From NCBI GenBank assembly GCA_963666205.1, contig OY762654.1, positions 1,952,001-2,016,000 on the forward strand: 64,000 nt of DNA, in the 5' to 3' direction. The notes beneath the pieces were generated by a model. That model did no database searches, was not told where the DNA came from, and worked only from the letters and a program-made list of their open reading frames with translations. Source of the DNA: Synergistales bacterium (GTDB lineage: Bacteria > Synergistota > Synergistia > Synergistales > JAFGMB01). The position numbers and the translations under genes are program-made. Shown in pieces: positions 10,491-20,464 of this stretch; positions within the stretch are counted from its first letter, which is position 1; every line of letters begins with the position of its first letter.

Positions 10491-11018
10491 TTGAATGATG
10501 AAGAACTGATGGAACTTATACAAAATGATGACGAAACTGCATTCAGGATCCTTTATGCTCGATGGTCCAGGCGGATAATGTCCTATGCCTCAAGAGCGCT
10601 ACAGGACAGACGGGAGGCAGAGGATATTGTCCAGGAGACATTTATGGCTCTTTTCAAGTCCCGAAAACGTTACGAGGCCAGAGACCGTTTTCCGTCTTTC
10701 CTCTTCAGGATCGCCGGAAATGCAGTGAGAAACCGATTCCGTACCCGTAGGCCCATCCCGGTTGAAGATCCTGGCGAATTTTGTGAAGAATCTCCTTATA
10801 GCCGGGATATAGAGGCAAAACTGGATATGGAAGAAGCTCTGAGCCGATTGTCCTTTGAACAGAGAGAGGCCCTCCTTCTGGCAGTAATGGGGGGTATGAA
10901 TTACAGGGAGATAGGAGTTATGACCGGAAGTTCCGAATCGGCAGTAGCACAGAGAATATGCAGAGCCCGGCGGAGGCTTTACGACATAATGGTTCCACCG
11001 GAGGAGGTGGCGAAATAA
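10491..11018 (+). CDS. ECF RNA polymerase sigma-70 factor
   Basis: Region 2 (AEDIVQETF...FLFRIAGN) and region 4 (LS.EQREALLL...YREIG...V..RI.RARRRL). Confidence 0.9.
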   Translation: MNDEELMELIQNDDETAFRILYARWSRRIMSYASRALQDRREAEDIVQETFMALFKSRKRYEARDRFPSFLFRIAGNAVRNRFRTRRPIPVEDPGEFCEESPYSRDIEAKLDMEEALSRLSFEQREALLLAVMGGMNYREIGVMTGSSESAVAQRICRARRRLYDIMVPPEEVAK

Positions 11019-11666
11019 ATGAATAATATATGCAGGGAAATGGAAATGCTCGTATCTTCAATGCTTGATGGGGAGATCTCTTCCAGTGAAAAGGAAGTCC
11101 TTTTCCTCCACCTGGGGGAGTGTTTACACTGCAGGAGATTTTATGAAGAACAGCGGAAATATCATGAATTTATGGGGCGAACCCGGGATGATCTTGATGT
11201 GCCGGCCTGTCCTTCTCTTTCAGAACAGCATGCAAAGATTATTCGGATGCCCCGCTATCTGCAGATCGGTGCAGCGGTCATCCTTCTGGCACTATCTTTT
11301 TATGGAGGTTTCTTATCAGGGGATAAAAAGGCTCTGGAAAGGATCCCAACCTATGCGAGGGTGGGAGCCCCTGCCGTATGGGCCAGAAATTCTTCTCTCC
11401 CTATGGAGATGGATAGAAAACAGTTATCCCCCCTTCAGGACCTTATCTCGGAATACCAGTTCCAGATAGGCAACGAGCTTGGCAGGGATGAAGTCAACTG
11501 GCAAAAGGTAAGAACCATGCTTGATACCCTCGGTTCATTGAGGACGGATCTTGAGCTGCTTTCCCTTCAGATGGGTTTCATGGACGGAGCTCTTCAGAAC
11601 AGAAATTCTCCCCGGAACACATGGTTGCAGTTGCTGGGAGTTAATAGAAAGGAAGAGTCCCTTTAG
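11019..11666 (+). CDS. Zinc-binding anti-sigma factor (zf-HC2/ZAS) with one TM helix
   Basis: C....LVS.MLDGE...HLGECLHC motif, one TM segment, immediately after the ECF gene. Confidence 0.85.
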   Translation: MNNICREMEMLVSSMLDGEISSSEKEVLFLHLGECLHCRRFYEEQRKYHEFMGRTRDDLDVPACPSLSEQHAKIIRMPRYLQIGAAVILLALSFYGGFLSGDKKALERIPTYARVGAPAVWARNSSLPMEMDRKQLSPLQDLISEYQFQIGNELGRDEVNWQKVRTMLDTLGSLRTDLELLSLQMGFMDGALQNRNSPRNTWLQLLGVNRKEESL

Positions 11667-11691
11667 AGGACTTTCCAGGAGGTGGATGTCA

Positions 11692-12411
11692 ATGTCAGAT
11701 AAAAGAGTGAAAGGTATCCTGATCGCATTACTGGCCGCGGTAGTAGTATTCGGCAGTTTTCCTGCCCTGGCTGAAGAAGAACAGTCAGTTATGTTCAGGA
11801 GCATGGTCCAGACAATGATGGGACAAGGTTTGAGAGAAGAGGTCGCAAATAGAATTGCAAATAATAACAGATTTATGGTTCAGATGTGTGTTGACCAGAT
11901 AGAAAAGGACCAGCTGCAGACCAGGGATCAGATACAGACAAAAGACCAGTTACAGATCCGGGATAACGTAAGTGAAAGGGTCGGTTCAGCCTTTGGTCTT
12001 GCCCTTGCTGCCAGTTATCGGAATCAGGGAGAAGAGAAAACCTTCCAGACAGGCATGGCAGTGTTTTCTTCAATAAGAAGAGGGTTATCCCCTGAAGGAG
12101 CAGCTTCTTCTGTAGAAGTTCTTGCAGAGAACGATTATGAAGTGGAGCAGATGTACAGGGTGATGATGAGGCTCACTGAACAGTTGAGAAATTCCGTCAA
12201 TTGTGATGAAGAGTGCCTTATGACCCAGTTGCGAACCATGGCCCAGGAAAGGCTTTCTGTAGGTGCTATGGAGGATAAAATAGCCGAAGAGGCAAGATCT
12301 GGCAATGGTGCAGGACAATCCGGGTCATCGGAAAATGCCCCTCAGACCGGGAAAAATCAGGGCCAGGGCAGTTCCGGATCTTCCGAAGGAGCCCATGGCA
12401 AAGGGAAATAG
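11692..12411 (+). CDS. Exported hypothetical protein with Q-x-R-D-Q repeats and a G/S/Q-rich tail
   Basis: RBS aggaggt, signal peptide (PALA), repeats DQLQTRDQIQTKDQLQIRD; third gene of the ECF operon. Confidence 0.65.
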   Translation: MSDKRVKGILIALLAAVVVFGSFPALAEEEQSVMFRSMVQTMMGQGLREEVANRIANNNRFMVQMCVDQIEKDQLQTRDQIQTKDQLQIRDNVSERVGSAFGLALAASYRNQGEEKTFQTGMAVFSSIRRGLSPEGAASSVEVLAENDYEVEQMYRVMMRLTEQLRNSVNCDEECLMTQLRTMAQERLSVGAMEDKIAEEARSGNGAGQSGSSENAPQTGKNQGQGSSGSSEGAHGKGK

Positions 12412-12570
12412 GCGGTTTTCTCTATAGCTTATAATTGACATTTCCGAAGGCCGGACCCCATGAAGGGACGGCCTTTTCTTTTTGCCGTAATGATACTCCA
12501 ATATGGTATAACATATTGGGCAATGATATAATGATTGGCATTAACAGATAAATAAAAGGAGGTATGAGCC

Positions 12571-13098
12571 TTGTCCCTTAACAATAAACAAAAACCCATG
12601 GATCCCTATCTTGCCGGGGCTTTTGCAGGATTGCTGGCTGTTATGTCAGTTGCTGTTGCAGGAAAATATCTTGGTGCTTCCACCACCTTTGCCCGACTTG
12701 GCGGTTCAGTTGAAGCTCTTGTTTTACCCCATCGAGTTGAAGGTCTCTCCTATTTCCAGAAATATCCTTTCAAAATTGACTGGCAGCTTCTTTTCGTTGC
12801 AGGAATTGTATTGGGGTCCTTTCTGTCATCCATGTTCTCAGGAACCTTCAAATTCCAGGCTGTGCCTGATATGTGGAATTCACATTTCGGGTCTTCGAAA
12901 ATCCAACGGATGATTGTAGCTTTTATTGGAGGTATGATAGCCATTTTCGGAGCAAGACTTGCAGGGGGATGTCCTTCCGGTCATGGGCTGAGTGGTCTCA
13001 TGCAGATGTCCTTAAGCGGTTTTGTATCACTTGCCTGTTTCTTCATCGGTGGGGCCATAGTGGCCCGGATGCTTTATGGAAGGAGGGCTGCCAGATGA
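12571..13098 (+). CDS. YeeE/YedE family sulfur-compound transporter subunit
   Basis: LGASTT and FGARLAGGCPSGHGLSG motifs. Confidence 0.85.
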   Translation: MSLNNKQKPMDPYLAGAFAGLLAVMSVAVAGKYLGASTTFARLGGSVEALVLPHRVEGLSYFQKYPFKIDWQLLFVAGIVLGSFLSSMFSGTFKFQAVPDMWNSHFGSSKIQRMIVAFIGGMIAIFGARLAGGCPSGHGLSGLMQMSLSGFVSLACFFIGGAIVARMLYGRRAAR

Positions 13099-13625
13099 AC
13101 ACACAGCTTGTCGCGGGTCTTGTAACAGGTATAGTATTCGGCATTCTCCTTCAGAGTTCCGAGGTTATCCGCTATGACCGTCAGGTGGGAGCGGTGAGGC
13201 TTATTGATATGACCATAGTCAAGTTCATGCTTTCCGCCATTATTGTAGGGATGGTTGGAATTTATCAGCTTTATACCCTGGATATTATCAAGCTCAGCGT
13301 TAAGGGGACTGTTCTTGGTTCGAATATAGCTGGGGGATTGATCTTCGGTGCAGGATGGGCTCTCCTTGGATATTGTCCAGGCACTGCAGCCGCTGCCTTG
13401 GGTGAGGGGAGAACAGATGCCCTTTTTGGCATGATGGGAATGGTATGTGGAGCAATGCTTTTTGCAGAATTCTATCCTTCGACCGGGACCGGTATTTTAG
13501 CCATGGGAAATCTGGGTAAGGTCACTATTCCCATGATGACGGGACTGGATCCCTGGCTGCTTATTCCCGTCTTTTCTGCTCTTTATTTCCTGTTCTTTGA
13601 TTTTTTCGAAAACAAGGGTTTATGA
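13095..13625 (+). CDS. YeeE/YedE family subunit 2
   Basis: ATG 13095 overlaps the upstream stop; GGLIFGAGWALLGYCPGT motif. Confidence 0.85.
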   Translation: MNTQLVAGLVTGIVFGILLQSSEVIRYDRQVGAVRLIDMTIVKFMLSAIIVGMVGIYQLYTLDIIKLSVKGTVLGSNIAGGLIFGAGWALLGYCPGTAAAALGEGRTDALFGMMGMVCGAMLFAEFYPSTGTGILAMGNLGKVTIPMMTGLDPWLLIPVFSALYFLFFDFFENKGL

Positions 13626-13660
13626 AACAGTATTTTTTTGGGATTTAACATTGGAAGTAC

Positions 13661-13690
13661 CAAGGGGATAGGTCAAAACCTATCCCCTTG
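13661..13690. terminator. Terminator hairpin between convergent genes
   Basis: caaggggataggt-caaa-acctatccccttg. Confidence 0.7.
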
Positions 13691-13757
13691 AAGTTGATTA
13701 AGTTAGGTAAGAAATAATCACCAGACCCACTTCTATATTATCAGTTATCCTGATGTC

Positions 13758-14924
13758 TTATTTGAAAAGAGAGAACAGGGGTAACAGGAGAAGTAAAGAA
13801 CCAGGAATGAACTCAACTGTTGCACATCCTCCGCTTGAACTGACTTCGTCCCAGGAAAATTCTAACGCTACCTCCTGAGGCTGAAATTGCTCTGGAACAT
13901 TCGGCTTTGTCTCTGTTACATAGACCGAGAAAGTACCATCAAGCTCATTTATCCTGTATTGGTTAGAATTAGCTGGTTCTCCAACGTTGCTAAAGGGAGT
14001 GACAATAACCGATACACCAGCTCCGAATACACTTGGATATTCAGGATTACCAATCAGTGCAAGCTGGGGCTCTCCCCCTTCTGGCCCAAGCCACCGATCA
14101 AAATTGTCTGAGATGAATTGCGCTTCGGGTGATTCGTCCAGGTCAAGTTCACTGGTACTCCAGTTCTGGATGACGATATAGAGGTATTCATCTGAATTGC
14201 GGTTCTTGGTGAAATGATATTCACCTTCAAGGGTTTCTGTTTCCCATACGCCAAGAACCTCGGAAAAGGGAGAACCGTCGTGGTGGGTAAATATATTATC
14301 AGTAGGTACCGTTCCCGAGAGGGCTATGATCTTATACCTGTTACCCTCATCGCTGAGTCTTGTAGCTCCCAGACCCATTTCAGCTCCACCATCATCGATA
14401 TTCCCTGCAATAAGATCAGAAACCAGCAGCCGTCTTTCGGGGTCCTCGCCAGCATAATCATTAAAATTCCAGATAATCGCAGATGGAATTGAATTATCTG
14501 TTGTGAGGGATGGCCATTCAATGCTATTTCCCTTAAAAAAGACTTCAGGGGCTGGATCATTTTCATAGCTCAAAGCATATTCATCTGTAGAAAGTGTAAT
14601 AGATAAGGAATTCCCCGAAAATTCATTAACAGGTAAAACTGTCCTGACCATAAGGAAATCGATTTCATCAGAAGTTGGATTCCATACAAAACTCGCCTCT
14701 TCCCCTGATTCTTCGAGGAGAATATCAAATGAATCAGAAGAATATAATATATCGAGAGTTGGAAATCCATCACCTTCAGTAATCTGGCCTACAAGTATGT
14801 CCGTATCTCCTGCCAGGAGCCCGATGTTAAAGGGTAAGGCAGCCGCCATTGAAAAAGAACATGATAATAGGATGAACATCGCCGCTGCAATTCCGGTTAA
14901 AAGAGCGCGTCTTTTCAATTTCAA
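13758..14924 (-). CDS. Acidic surface protein of unknown function, Synerg-CTERM
   Basis: Signal peptide; C-terminus SSSGGCATVEFIPGSLLLLLPLFSLFK. Confidence 0.8.
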   Translation of the reverse strand: MKLKRRALLTGIAAAMFILLSCSFSMAAALPFNIGLLAGDTDILVGQITEGDGFPTLDILYSSDSFDILLEESGEEASFVWNPTSDEIDFLMVRTVLPVNEFSGNSLSITLSTDEYALSYENDPAPEVFFKGNSIEWPSLTTDNSIPSAIIWNFNDYAGEDPERRLLVSDLIAGNIDDGGAEMGLGATRLSDEGNRYKIIALSGTVPTDNIFTHHDGSPFSEVLGVWETETLEGEYHFTKNRNSDEYLYIVIQNWSTSELDLDESPEAQFISDNFDRWLGPEGGEPQLALIGNPEYPSVFGAGVSVIVTPFSNVGEPANSNQYRINELDGTFSVYVTETKPNVPEQFQPQEVALEFSWDEVSSSGGCATVEFIPGSLLLLLPLFSLFK

Positions 14925-15609
14925 TCCCTCCTGTTCATGATCAATAAAATTTTGAGATCAGGTATTACGGCATCGCTTAGCTATAGAATGAAACATTGTA
15001 AAACTGAAAAACTGAAAGTAAACCAGGGAAAAACATGTTCTGACGTCGAATGCTTGAATATTGAGGAATTGTTGGAGGAGATACGGCGAAGTTAAGGAAG
15101 AAACAAAGTAGAAGAATGCGCAAATGTCTTTCCTTGTCTTTAATGTAACCAGATTCGGGATTTTTTCACCAGTGTCCTGAGAACTATTTTCAATTAGGCC
15201 GATCGTTACATATTGTATGATTTGTGTGTTGCAATAAGAAAAATAGGTTTGTGTTTTATCCATTGTCTCCAGTGAAAGCGGAAGAAATATTTTTAATGTT
15301 CTCGAAAAACAGGAGTTTTGGGAAGCAACAAAGGGAAGTCTATTATTTGCTGATTTGACAGTCCGTCTATCTGAATCTATTATTTACTGTGTTAATTGAA
15401 CGTAGTGAATATTATAATTGAAGTCTATTCTTATTATTCCCTTCTCATTATTTTCTCGGATAGATCTATCCTCATATTTGCCTCCATTAAATATACCTTT
15501 TACCCTCTTTGCTTATTTATTCCAGGCCTTTAGTTATCCAGATGTACAGTCATGCGATGTTAAGCAACTGATCTCAGATTTTACAGCTTTATCTCAGGGA
15601 GGGATCCTG

Positions 15610-16692
15610 ATGAAAAGATCATGGGACTCTATTTTCGCAGTTGTGCTGGCACTGCTCTTATTTGGGGCCGGAATGGTCCTTGCCCAGGAGCAGCTGGTTT
15701 CCCTATATGTGTTTGAAGAAGTGTCAAATTCAGATGTTGTCTGGACTGGAGTTGCTGTTTCGAAGGAAGGGAGGATATTTGTCAATTTCCCGAGATGGTC
15801 ACCTCTTCACGGAATATCAGTAGCAGAGATAACTGCCAGTGGAGATGTGATCCCTTACCCTGATGAGAACATGAATAAATGGGATCCTTCTATGAAACCC
15901 AATGGCCATTTTATATGTGTTCAGAGTGTTTACATTGATGATTCCAATGGTCTTTGGGTTTTAGACTCCGCAAGTCCCCTGATAGAGGGGACCATTGAAG
16001 GAGGTCCCAAACTTGTAAGGATCGATCTGGAAAAGAACAGAGTAGTCCAGAAGATCGTTTTTGGACCAGTTATTGCACCAAAGGAGAGTTATCTGAATGA
16101 TGTAAGAATAGATCCTAAAGAAAATTATGCCTATATCACAGATTCTGGTACGGGAGCTATTGTTGTTGTGGACCTTTCCACAGGAAAGAGCAGACGAGTC
16201 CTCTATGATCATTATTCAACCAAGGCCGAAGGTATAACCCTTGTGATCGAGGGTCGCGAATTTCAGCTGGATGTACATGCAGACGGGATAGCCCTGGATC
16301 CGCAGAGGGAATATCTCTATTTCCAGGCTCTTGCAGGGCGCAATCTTTACCGGATAGGGACCAGATGGCTCAGGGACGATTCCCTGAAGGAGGAAGACCT
16401 GGGAAAAATGGTTGAGTTTGTTGGAACCACAGGAGCGGCGGATGGTATAGCCTTCGGAAGGGACGGGAAGTTGTACCTTACTTCCATCGAATATAATGCT
16501 ATCCGGCGTTTTGATCCCGAAAGCGGGAATACAGAGGTAGTTCTGTGGGATGAAAAGATAAAATGGCCTGACAGTTTTTCTGTTACTCCCGATGGCACCA
16601 TATATTTCACTGTTTCTCAGCTTCATCTGGATGAACCTGGAGAGCCCTACAGGATATTCAGGTTTAAACCGGAAAGTCTTCAGAATAAATAA
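15610..16692 (+). CDS. Major royal jelly protein/yellow-like beta-propeller, exported
   Basis: GRIFVNFPRW, PYPD...N.W, LWVLDS, YLNDVRID, AYITDSG, DGIAL and WPDSF motifs; RBS before ATG 15610. Confidence 0.85.
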   Translation: MKRSWDSIFAVVLALLLFGAGMVLAQEQLVSLYVFEEVSNSDVVWTGVAVSKEGRIFVNFPRWSPLHGISVAEITASGDVIPYPDENMNKWDPSMKPNGHFICVQSVYIDDSNGLWVLDSASPLIEGTIEGGPKLVRIDLEKNRVVQKIVFGPVIAPKESYLNDVRIDPKENYAYITDSGTGAIVVVDLSTGKSRRVLYDHYSTKAEGITLVIEGREFQLDVHADGIALDPQREYLYFQALAGRNLYRIGTRWLRDDSLKEEDLGKMVEFVGTTGAADGIAFGRDGKLYLTSIEYNAIRRFDPESGNTEVVLWDEKIKWPDSFSVTPDGTIYFTVSQLHLDEPGEPYRIFRFKPESLQNK

Positions 16693-16790
16693 TGTCATGA
16701 AATCCCTTTCTTCAACGTTTAGCTTTATATCACTGATTCCCTTTGTCCAAAGGTCGAAGGGGGTACAACTTTTCCGGGAGGTTAAGATCC

Positions 16791-16931
16791 ATGAAAAAAC
16801 TTCTTCTTTTCATGAGTATTCTGCTTGTACTTTCTTTGTTGGCAGGATGTGCCATAGCTGGTGGTGGACAGAATTGTGGAACTATAGGGAAGGGAAATGT
16901 GAATCAGCAAGAGAATCGGGTGAATCAGTAA
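16791..16931 (+). CDS. Small exported peptide or lipoprotein (46 aa)
   Basis: RBS gggaggt; MKKLLLFMSILLVLSLLAGCAIA signal peptide with a LAGC lipobox-like sequence; terminator-like hairpin downstream near 16990-17020. Confidence 0.6.
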   Translation: MKKLLLFMSILLVLSLLAGCAIAGGGQNCGTIGKGNVNQQENRVNQ

Positions 16932-17031
16932 GCTGTAAGTCGGAGAACGGTTTCATTTATCGTGATTGCTGATAAGTGTGAATTCTTTCAGGGCCCCTCG
17001 CTTCTAATGAAGGGTCCTTTTCTTATTCATA

Positions 17032-17060
17032 TTGACAAAATTCAGGAATTCAGATACCCT
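17032..17060 (+). promoter_or_regulatory. Sigma-70 promoter of the trp operon
   Basis: TTGACA-17bp-TACCCT upstream of the leader peptide. Confidence 0.5.
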
Positions 17061-17094
17061 GTACCGTAATTTATATCAGAAAGAGGTATTTACC

Positions 17095-17142
17095 ATGTTG
17101 ATAATTACAACTACTCGCAACTGGTGGTGGCAGGCCTTCTAA
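17095..17142 (+). CDS. trpL: Tryptophan operon leader peptide MLIITTTRNWWWQAF
   Basis: RBS agaggt and three consecutive TGG codons, directly upstream of trpC-B-A. Confidence 0.9.
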   Translation: MLIITTTRNWWWQAF

Positions 17143-17281
17143 GTCTGCCGCCTTGACCCGCATAGATCTTATATGTTAGAGGGCTTGGAGGTAGACCCCT
17201 GAAAAGGGGTTTTAACCGCTGGGCCCTCTTTCTTTTCTCGGAAAGGGAGAGGAGCTTGTAAAAGTTCCCCTCCCTTTTTTT
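17123..17281 (+). promoter_or_regulatory. Transcription attenuator (alternative hairpins plus terminator)
   Basis: Hairpin ggtggcaggc/gtctgccgcc overlaps the Trp codons; terminator gggagaggagctt...aagttcccctccc-T7 at 17244-17281. Confidence 0.8.
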
Positions 17282-17301
17282 ATTGAAAGGAGTGGAGATA
17301 A

Positions 17302-18153
17302 ATGAGAACGGTTCCTCTGGATGAAGTGGAATTTTCGAAAAAAGGCAGGGTTATCCCTTTTCAGGGTGCCCCCTCCGAAGGGCATGAATTAATGGAGAGA
17401 TCCTTTCTTCATAGGGTACTGGAACAGAAGAGAACAGAGGTAGGGGAGATGAAGAAAAAAAAATTATCCCTGGAATACATACTCAGGCAGAATGAAATGA
17501 CTGTTATAGCAGAGGTGAAAAGGGCTTCACCAAGCCAGGGGATAATCCAGGATAATTTTGATCCGGAAGAACAGCTTCGGAAATATGTCATGGGTGGTGC
17601 AGGTGCTATATCCGTTCTGACTGATAGGCAGTTTTTCAAGGGAGGACAGGAAATTCTCCAAAGGATCAGGTCTATGACAGATCTTCCTGTATTACGAAAA
17701 GATTTTATTATCGACCCGCTTCAGGTCTATGAGAGCAAATTTCTTGGAGCGGATGTGATCCTCCTGATCCTGGCTATTCTTGACGATAAGAAACTACAGG
17801 AGCTTCTGGGTCTTGCCCATTCCCTGGGTCTCGAAGCCATACTCGAGGTTCACCATAAAGATGAACTCTGTCGAGCTCTACATACTGAAGGCAGGATCAT
17901 CGGGATCAACAACAGGAATCTGGATGATTTTTCAGTAGATCTTTCAACAACTGAAAGAATAATGGACGAGTACCGGCATCTTTCACCTGTTTCTGACAGG
18001 CTTTTCATTTCTGAAAGCGGCATAAGAACTGCAGAACAGGTTGCGGGTCTGGCCTCTACCGGAATAAAGGGCGTCCTGGTGGGAGAGACTCTCATGAGAT
18101 CAGACGAGCCCGATATTGTCATACGTAATTTCCTGGGGTCCATCAGATCCTGA
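17302..18153 (+). CDS. trpC: Indole-3-glycerol-phosphate synthase (with a ~30-aa N-terminal extension)
   Basis: IAEVKRASPSQG, ISVLTD, LRKDFII, GINNRNL and SESGI motifs. Confidence 0.95.
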   Translation: MRTVPLDEVEFSKKGRVIPFQGAPSEGHELMERSFLHRVLEQKRTEVGEMKKKKLSLEYILRQNEMTVIAEVKRASPSQGIIQDNFDPEEQLRKYVMGGAGAISVLTDRQFFKGGQEILQRIRSMTDLPVLRKDFIIDPLQVYESKFLGADVILLILAILDDKKLQELLGLAHSLGLEAILEVHHKDELCRALHTEGRIIGINNRNLDDFSVDLSTTERIMDEYRHLSPVSDRLFISESGIRTAEQVAGLASTGIKGVLVGETLMRSDEPDIVIRNFLGSIRS

Positions 18154-18200
18154 TAACGCCCAGATTTCAGGTAGTTATTTAAAGATTGGAGGAACATGAT

Positions 18201-19385
18201 ATGACGCGTAAAGGTTATTTTGGCCAATTCGGAGGCAGGTATGTACCGGAAACATTGATTCCTGTACTGGACGACCTCGAGGAGGCTTATCTTAAGTACA
18301 GCCGGGACAGAGATTTTAATACCGAACTGAAGCATCTTTTATCTAAATACAGTGGAAGACCTACTCCCCTGTATTTTTCAGAAAGACTTACTGAAGAGTT
18401 CGGAGGAGCAAAGGTCTATCTAAAAAGAGAGGATCTTAATCACACCGGGGCTCACAAGATAAACAATGCCCTGGGTCAGGCCCTTCTGGCCTCGAGAATG
18501 GGTAAGAAAAGGATAATTGCTGAGACAGGCGCGGGTCAGCATGGAGTGGCATCTGCTACTGCAGCAGCAAAATTCGGTCTTGAGTGTCATGTTTTCATGG
18601 GAGTGGAGGACATGGAACGCCAGGCTCTGAACGTGGAGAAGATGAGGATACTCGGGGCCGAGGTCATACCGGTAACATCGGGCAGTCAGACCCTCAAGGA
18701 TGCTACCAATGAAGCCATAAGAGACTGGGTTACCAATGCCGATACCACGTATTACATTATTGGTTCCGCTGTTGGTCCCCATCCCTATCCTTCCATGGTA
18801 AGGGATTTCCAGAGGGTGATAGGTGACGAGGTCCGTGAACAGATACTGGAGATGGAAGGAAGGCTGCCAGATCACCTCCTGGCCTGTGTGGGAGGAGGAA
18901 GTAATGCCATAGGCCTCTTTTATCCCTTCGTTGAAGAAGATCAGGTGAAAATGACAGGTGTAGAGGCTGCCGGCAAAGGCGTGGAAACTGGAGAACACGC
19001 TGCCACTCTTACAGCAGGTTCCCTTGGTGTACTCCATGGAAGCAGGTCTTATCTCCTCCAGGATGATTATGGACAGGTTATCCCTGCCTATTCCTTATCT
19101 GCCGGCCTGGATTACCCGGGTGTGGGTCCCCAGCACAGTTATTTCATGGAAACAGGAAGGATCGAATATGTTTCTGTTACGGATGAGGAAGCAGTTGAAG
19201 CATTCTTTCTCCTCTCCAGGCTGGAAGGTATAATCCCGGCGCTGGAAAGTTCCCACGCCCTTGCCCATGCGGCAAAACTGGCACCCTCTCTTTCGGCTGA
19301 TTCCCTGTTGGTGGTCAACCTTTCAGGAAGAGGGGACAAGGATATGTATTCAATAAATAGTTTCATGGAAAGGAGGGAAGGATAA
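18201..19385 (+). CDS. trpB: Tryptophan synthase beta chain
   Basis: [32 protein letters not shown] and GLDYPGVGP motifs. Confidence 0.97.
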   Translation: MTRKGYFGQFGGRYVPETLIPVLDDLEEAYLKYSRDRDFNTELKHLLSKYSGRPTPLYFSERLTEEFGGAKVYLKREDLNHTGAHKINNALGQALLASRMGKKRIIAETGAGQHGVASATAAAKFGLECHVFMGVEDMERQALNVEKMRILGAEVIPVTSGSQTLKDATNEAIRDWVTNADTTYYIIGSAVGPHPYPSMVRDFQRVIGDEVREQILEMEGRLPDHLLACVGGGSNAIGLFYPFVEEDQVKMTGVEAAGKGVETGEHAATLTAGSLGVLHGSRSYLLQDDYGQVIPAYSLSAGLDYPGVGPQHSYFMETGRIEYVSVTDEEAVEAFFLLSRLEGIIPALESSHALAHAAKLAPSLSADSLLVVNLSGRGDKDMYSINSFMERREG

Positions 19386-20167
19386 TGGAGAAGATCCAGC
19401 AGATATTTGACAGCGGCAAAGTCCTCATTACCTTTGTTACAGCAGGAGACCCGGATCTTGATACAACAGCCCGGATAATTCATGCAATAGATGAAGCCGG
19501 AGCGGATATTATAGAAGTAGGGATGCCCTTCTCCGATCCCCAGGCTGATGGACCGGTTATTCAGGCTGCAGGTCAGAGGGCCCTGAAAAAAGGCACAGGT
19601 CCAGAAGGGATCCTCACCATGATATCCGGACTGAAGGGTTCTATTAAAGCCCCCTTGTTCCTTATGGGGTATTACAACCCGGTAATGTGCTATGGCAGGG
19701 ATAAGTTTATTAATGATGCCTTCGAGGCCGGAGTATCCGGATTGATAATCCCGGATCTGCCCTTCGATGAGGATGAAGAGTTCTATGCGAAGCTTAAAGA
19801 AAAAGAAATGGCCGGTATCCTCATGGTTGCACCGAATAGCCGGGAGGAAAGGCTTGAAGAAATAGGGAGGAACTGTTCAGGATTTGTCTACTGTGTTTCC
19901 CTTCTGGGTATTACTGGAGATAATCGAGGTCCTGCAGCAGGCATTGAGGAGTATATGGGCCGTGTAAGGAAATATGTGAAGGTTCCCCTTGCATTGGGTT
20001 TCGGAATTGATGGACCCGAAAAGGCAGCCCGGGCTGCTTCTGTTGCAGACGGAGTTGTAGTGGGAAGTGCCCTTGTAAAAATCGTAGAAAAGTTTGGAAA
20101 TACAGACAGGTTGATACCTGAGATCAGTTCTTTTGTTACAGGGCTCAAGAAAGCGATTTCTGAATAG
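19385..20167 (+). CDS. trpA: Tryptophan synthase alpha chain
   Basis: TAGDP, IEVGMPFSDPQADGPVIQ, GFGI and ADGVVVGSALV motifs. Confidence 0.97.
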   Translation: MEKIQQIFDSGKVLITFVTAGDPDLDTTARIIHAIDEAGADIIEVGMPFSDPQADGPVIQAAGQRALKKGTGPEGILTMISGLKGSIKAPLFLMGYYNPVMCYGRDKFINDAFEAGVSGLIIPDLPFDEDEEFYAKLKEKEMAGILMVAPNSREERLEEIGRNCSGFVYCVSLLGITGDNRGPAAGIEEYMGRVRKYVKVPLALGFGIDGPEKAARAASVADGVVVGSALVKIVEKFGNTDRLIPEISSFVTGLKKAISE

Positions 20168-20338
20168 TTACTTCCAGGATCTTCTGATATGGAATCTGTG
20201 TAAGTTATATCGGAAATAACAGAGCAGAAATTAATCGAACCGGAACCGGAGCTGGGAAGAAGTTATGAATCCTTGCGGGCAAAATATAACCATTTATACT
20301 GTATCCTTATGGATCTGTTTTAGATAGAGCATTTAAAG

Positions 20339-20383
20339 GGAAGACAAAAAAGTCAGGTATCATACCTGACTTTTTTGTCTTCC
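20339..20383. terminator. Intrinsic terminator after the trp operon
   Basis: Perfect inverted repeat ggaagacaaaaaagtcaggtat-c-atacctgacttttttgtcttcc. Confidence 0.8.
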
Positions 20384-20464
20384 AGGCAAGGCTTCTTGAG
20401 TTACAATTAACTGGAAGCAGATTTTACTCAGTGAAAGATTCCAGACAGAAAACGGGGTGTCCCT

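Noticed and set aside
14958-15263. 101-aa minus-strand ORF upstream of the CTERM gene
   Set aside because: No RBS or motif, and it occupies probable promoter DNA.
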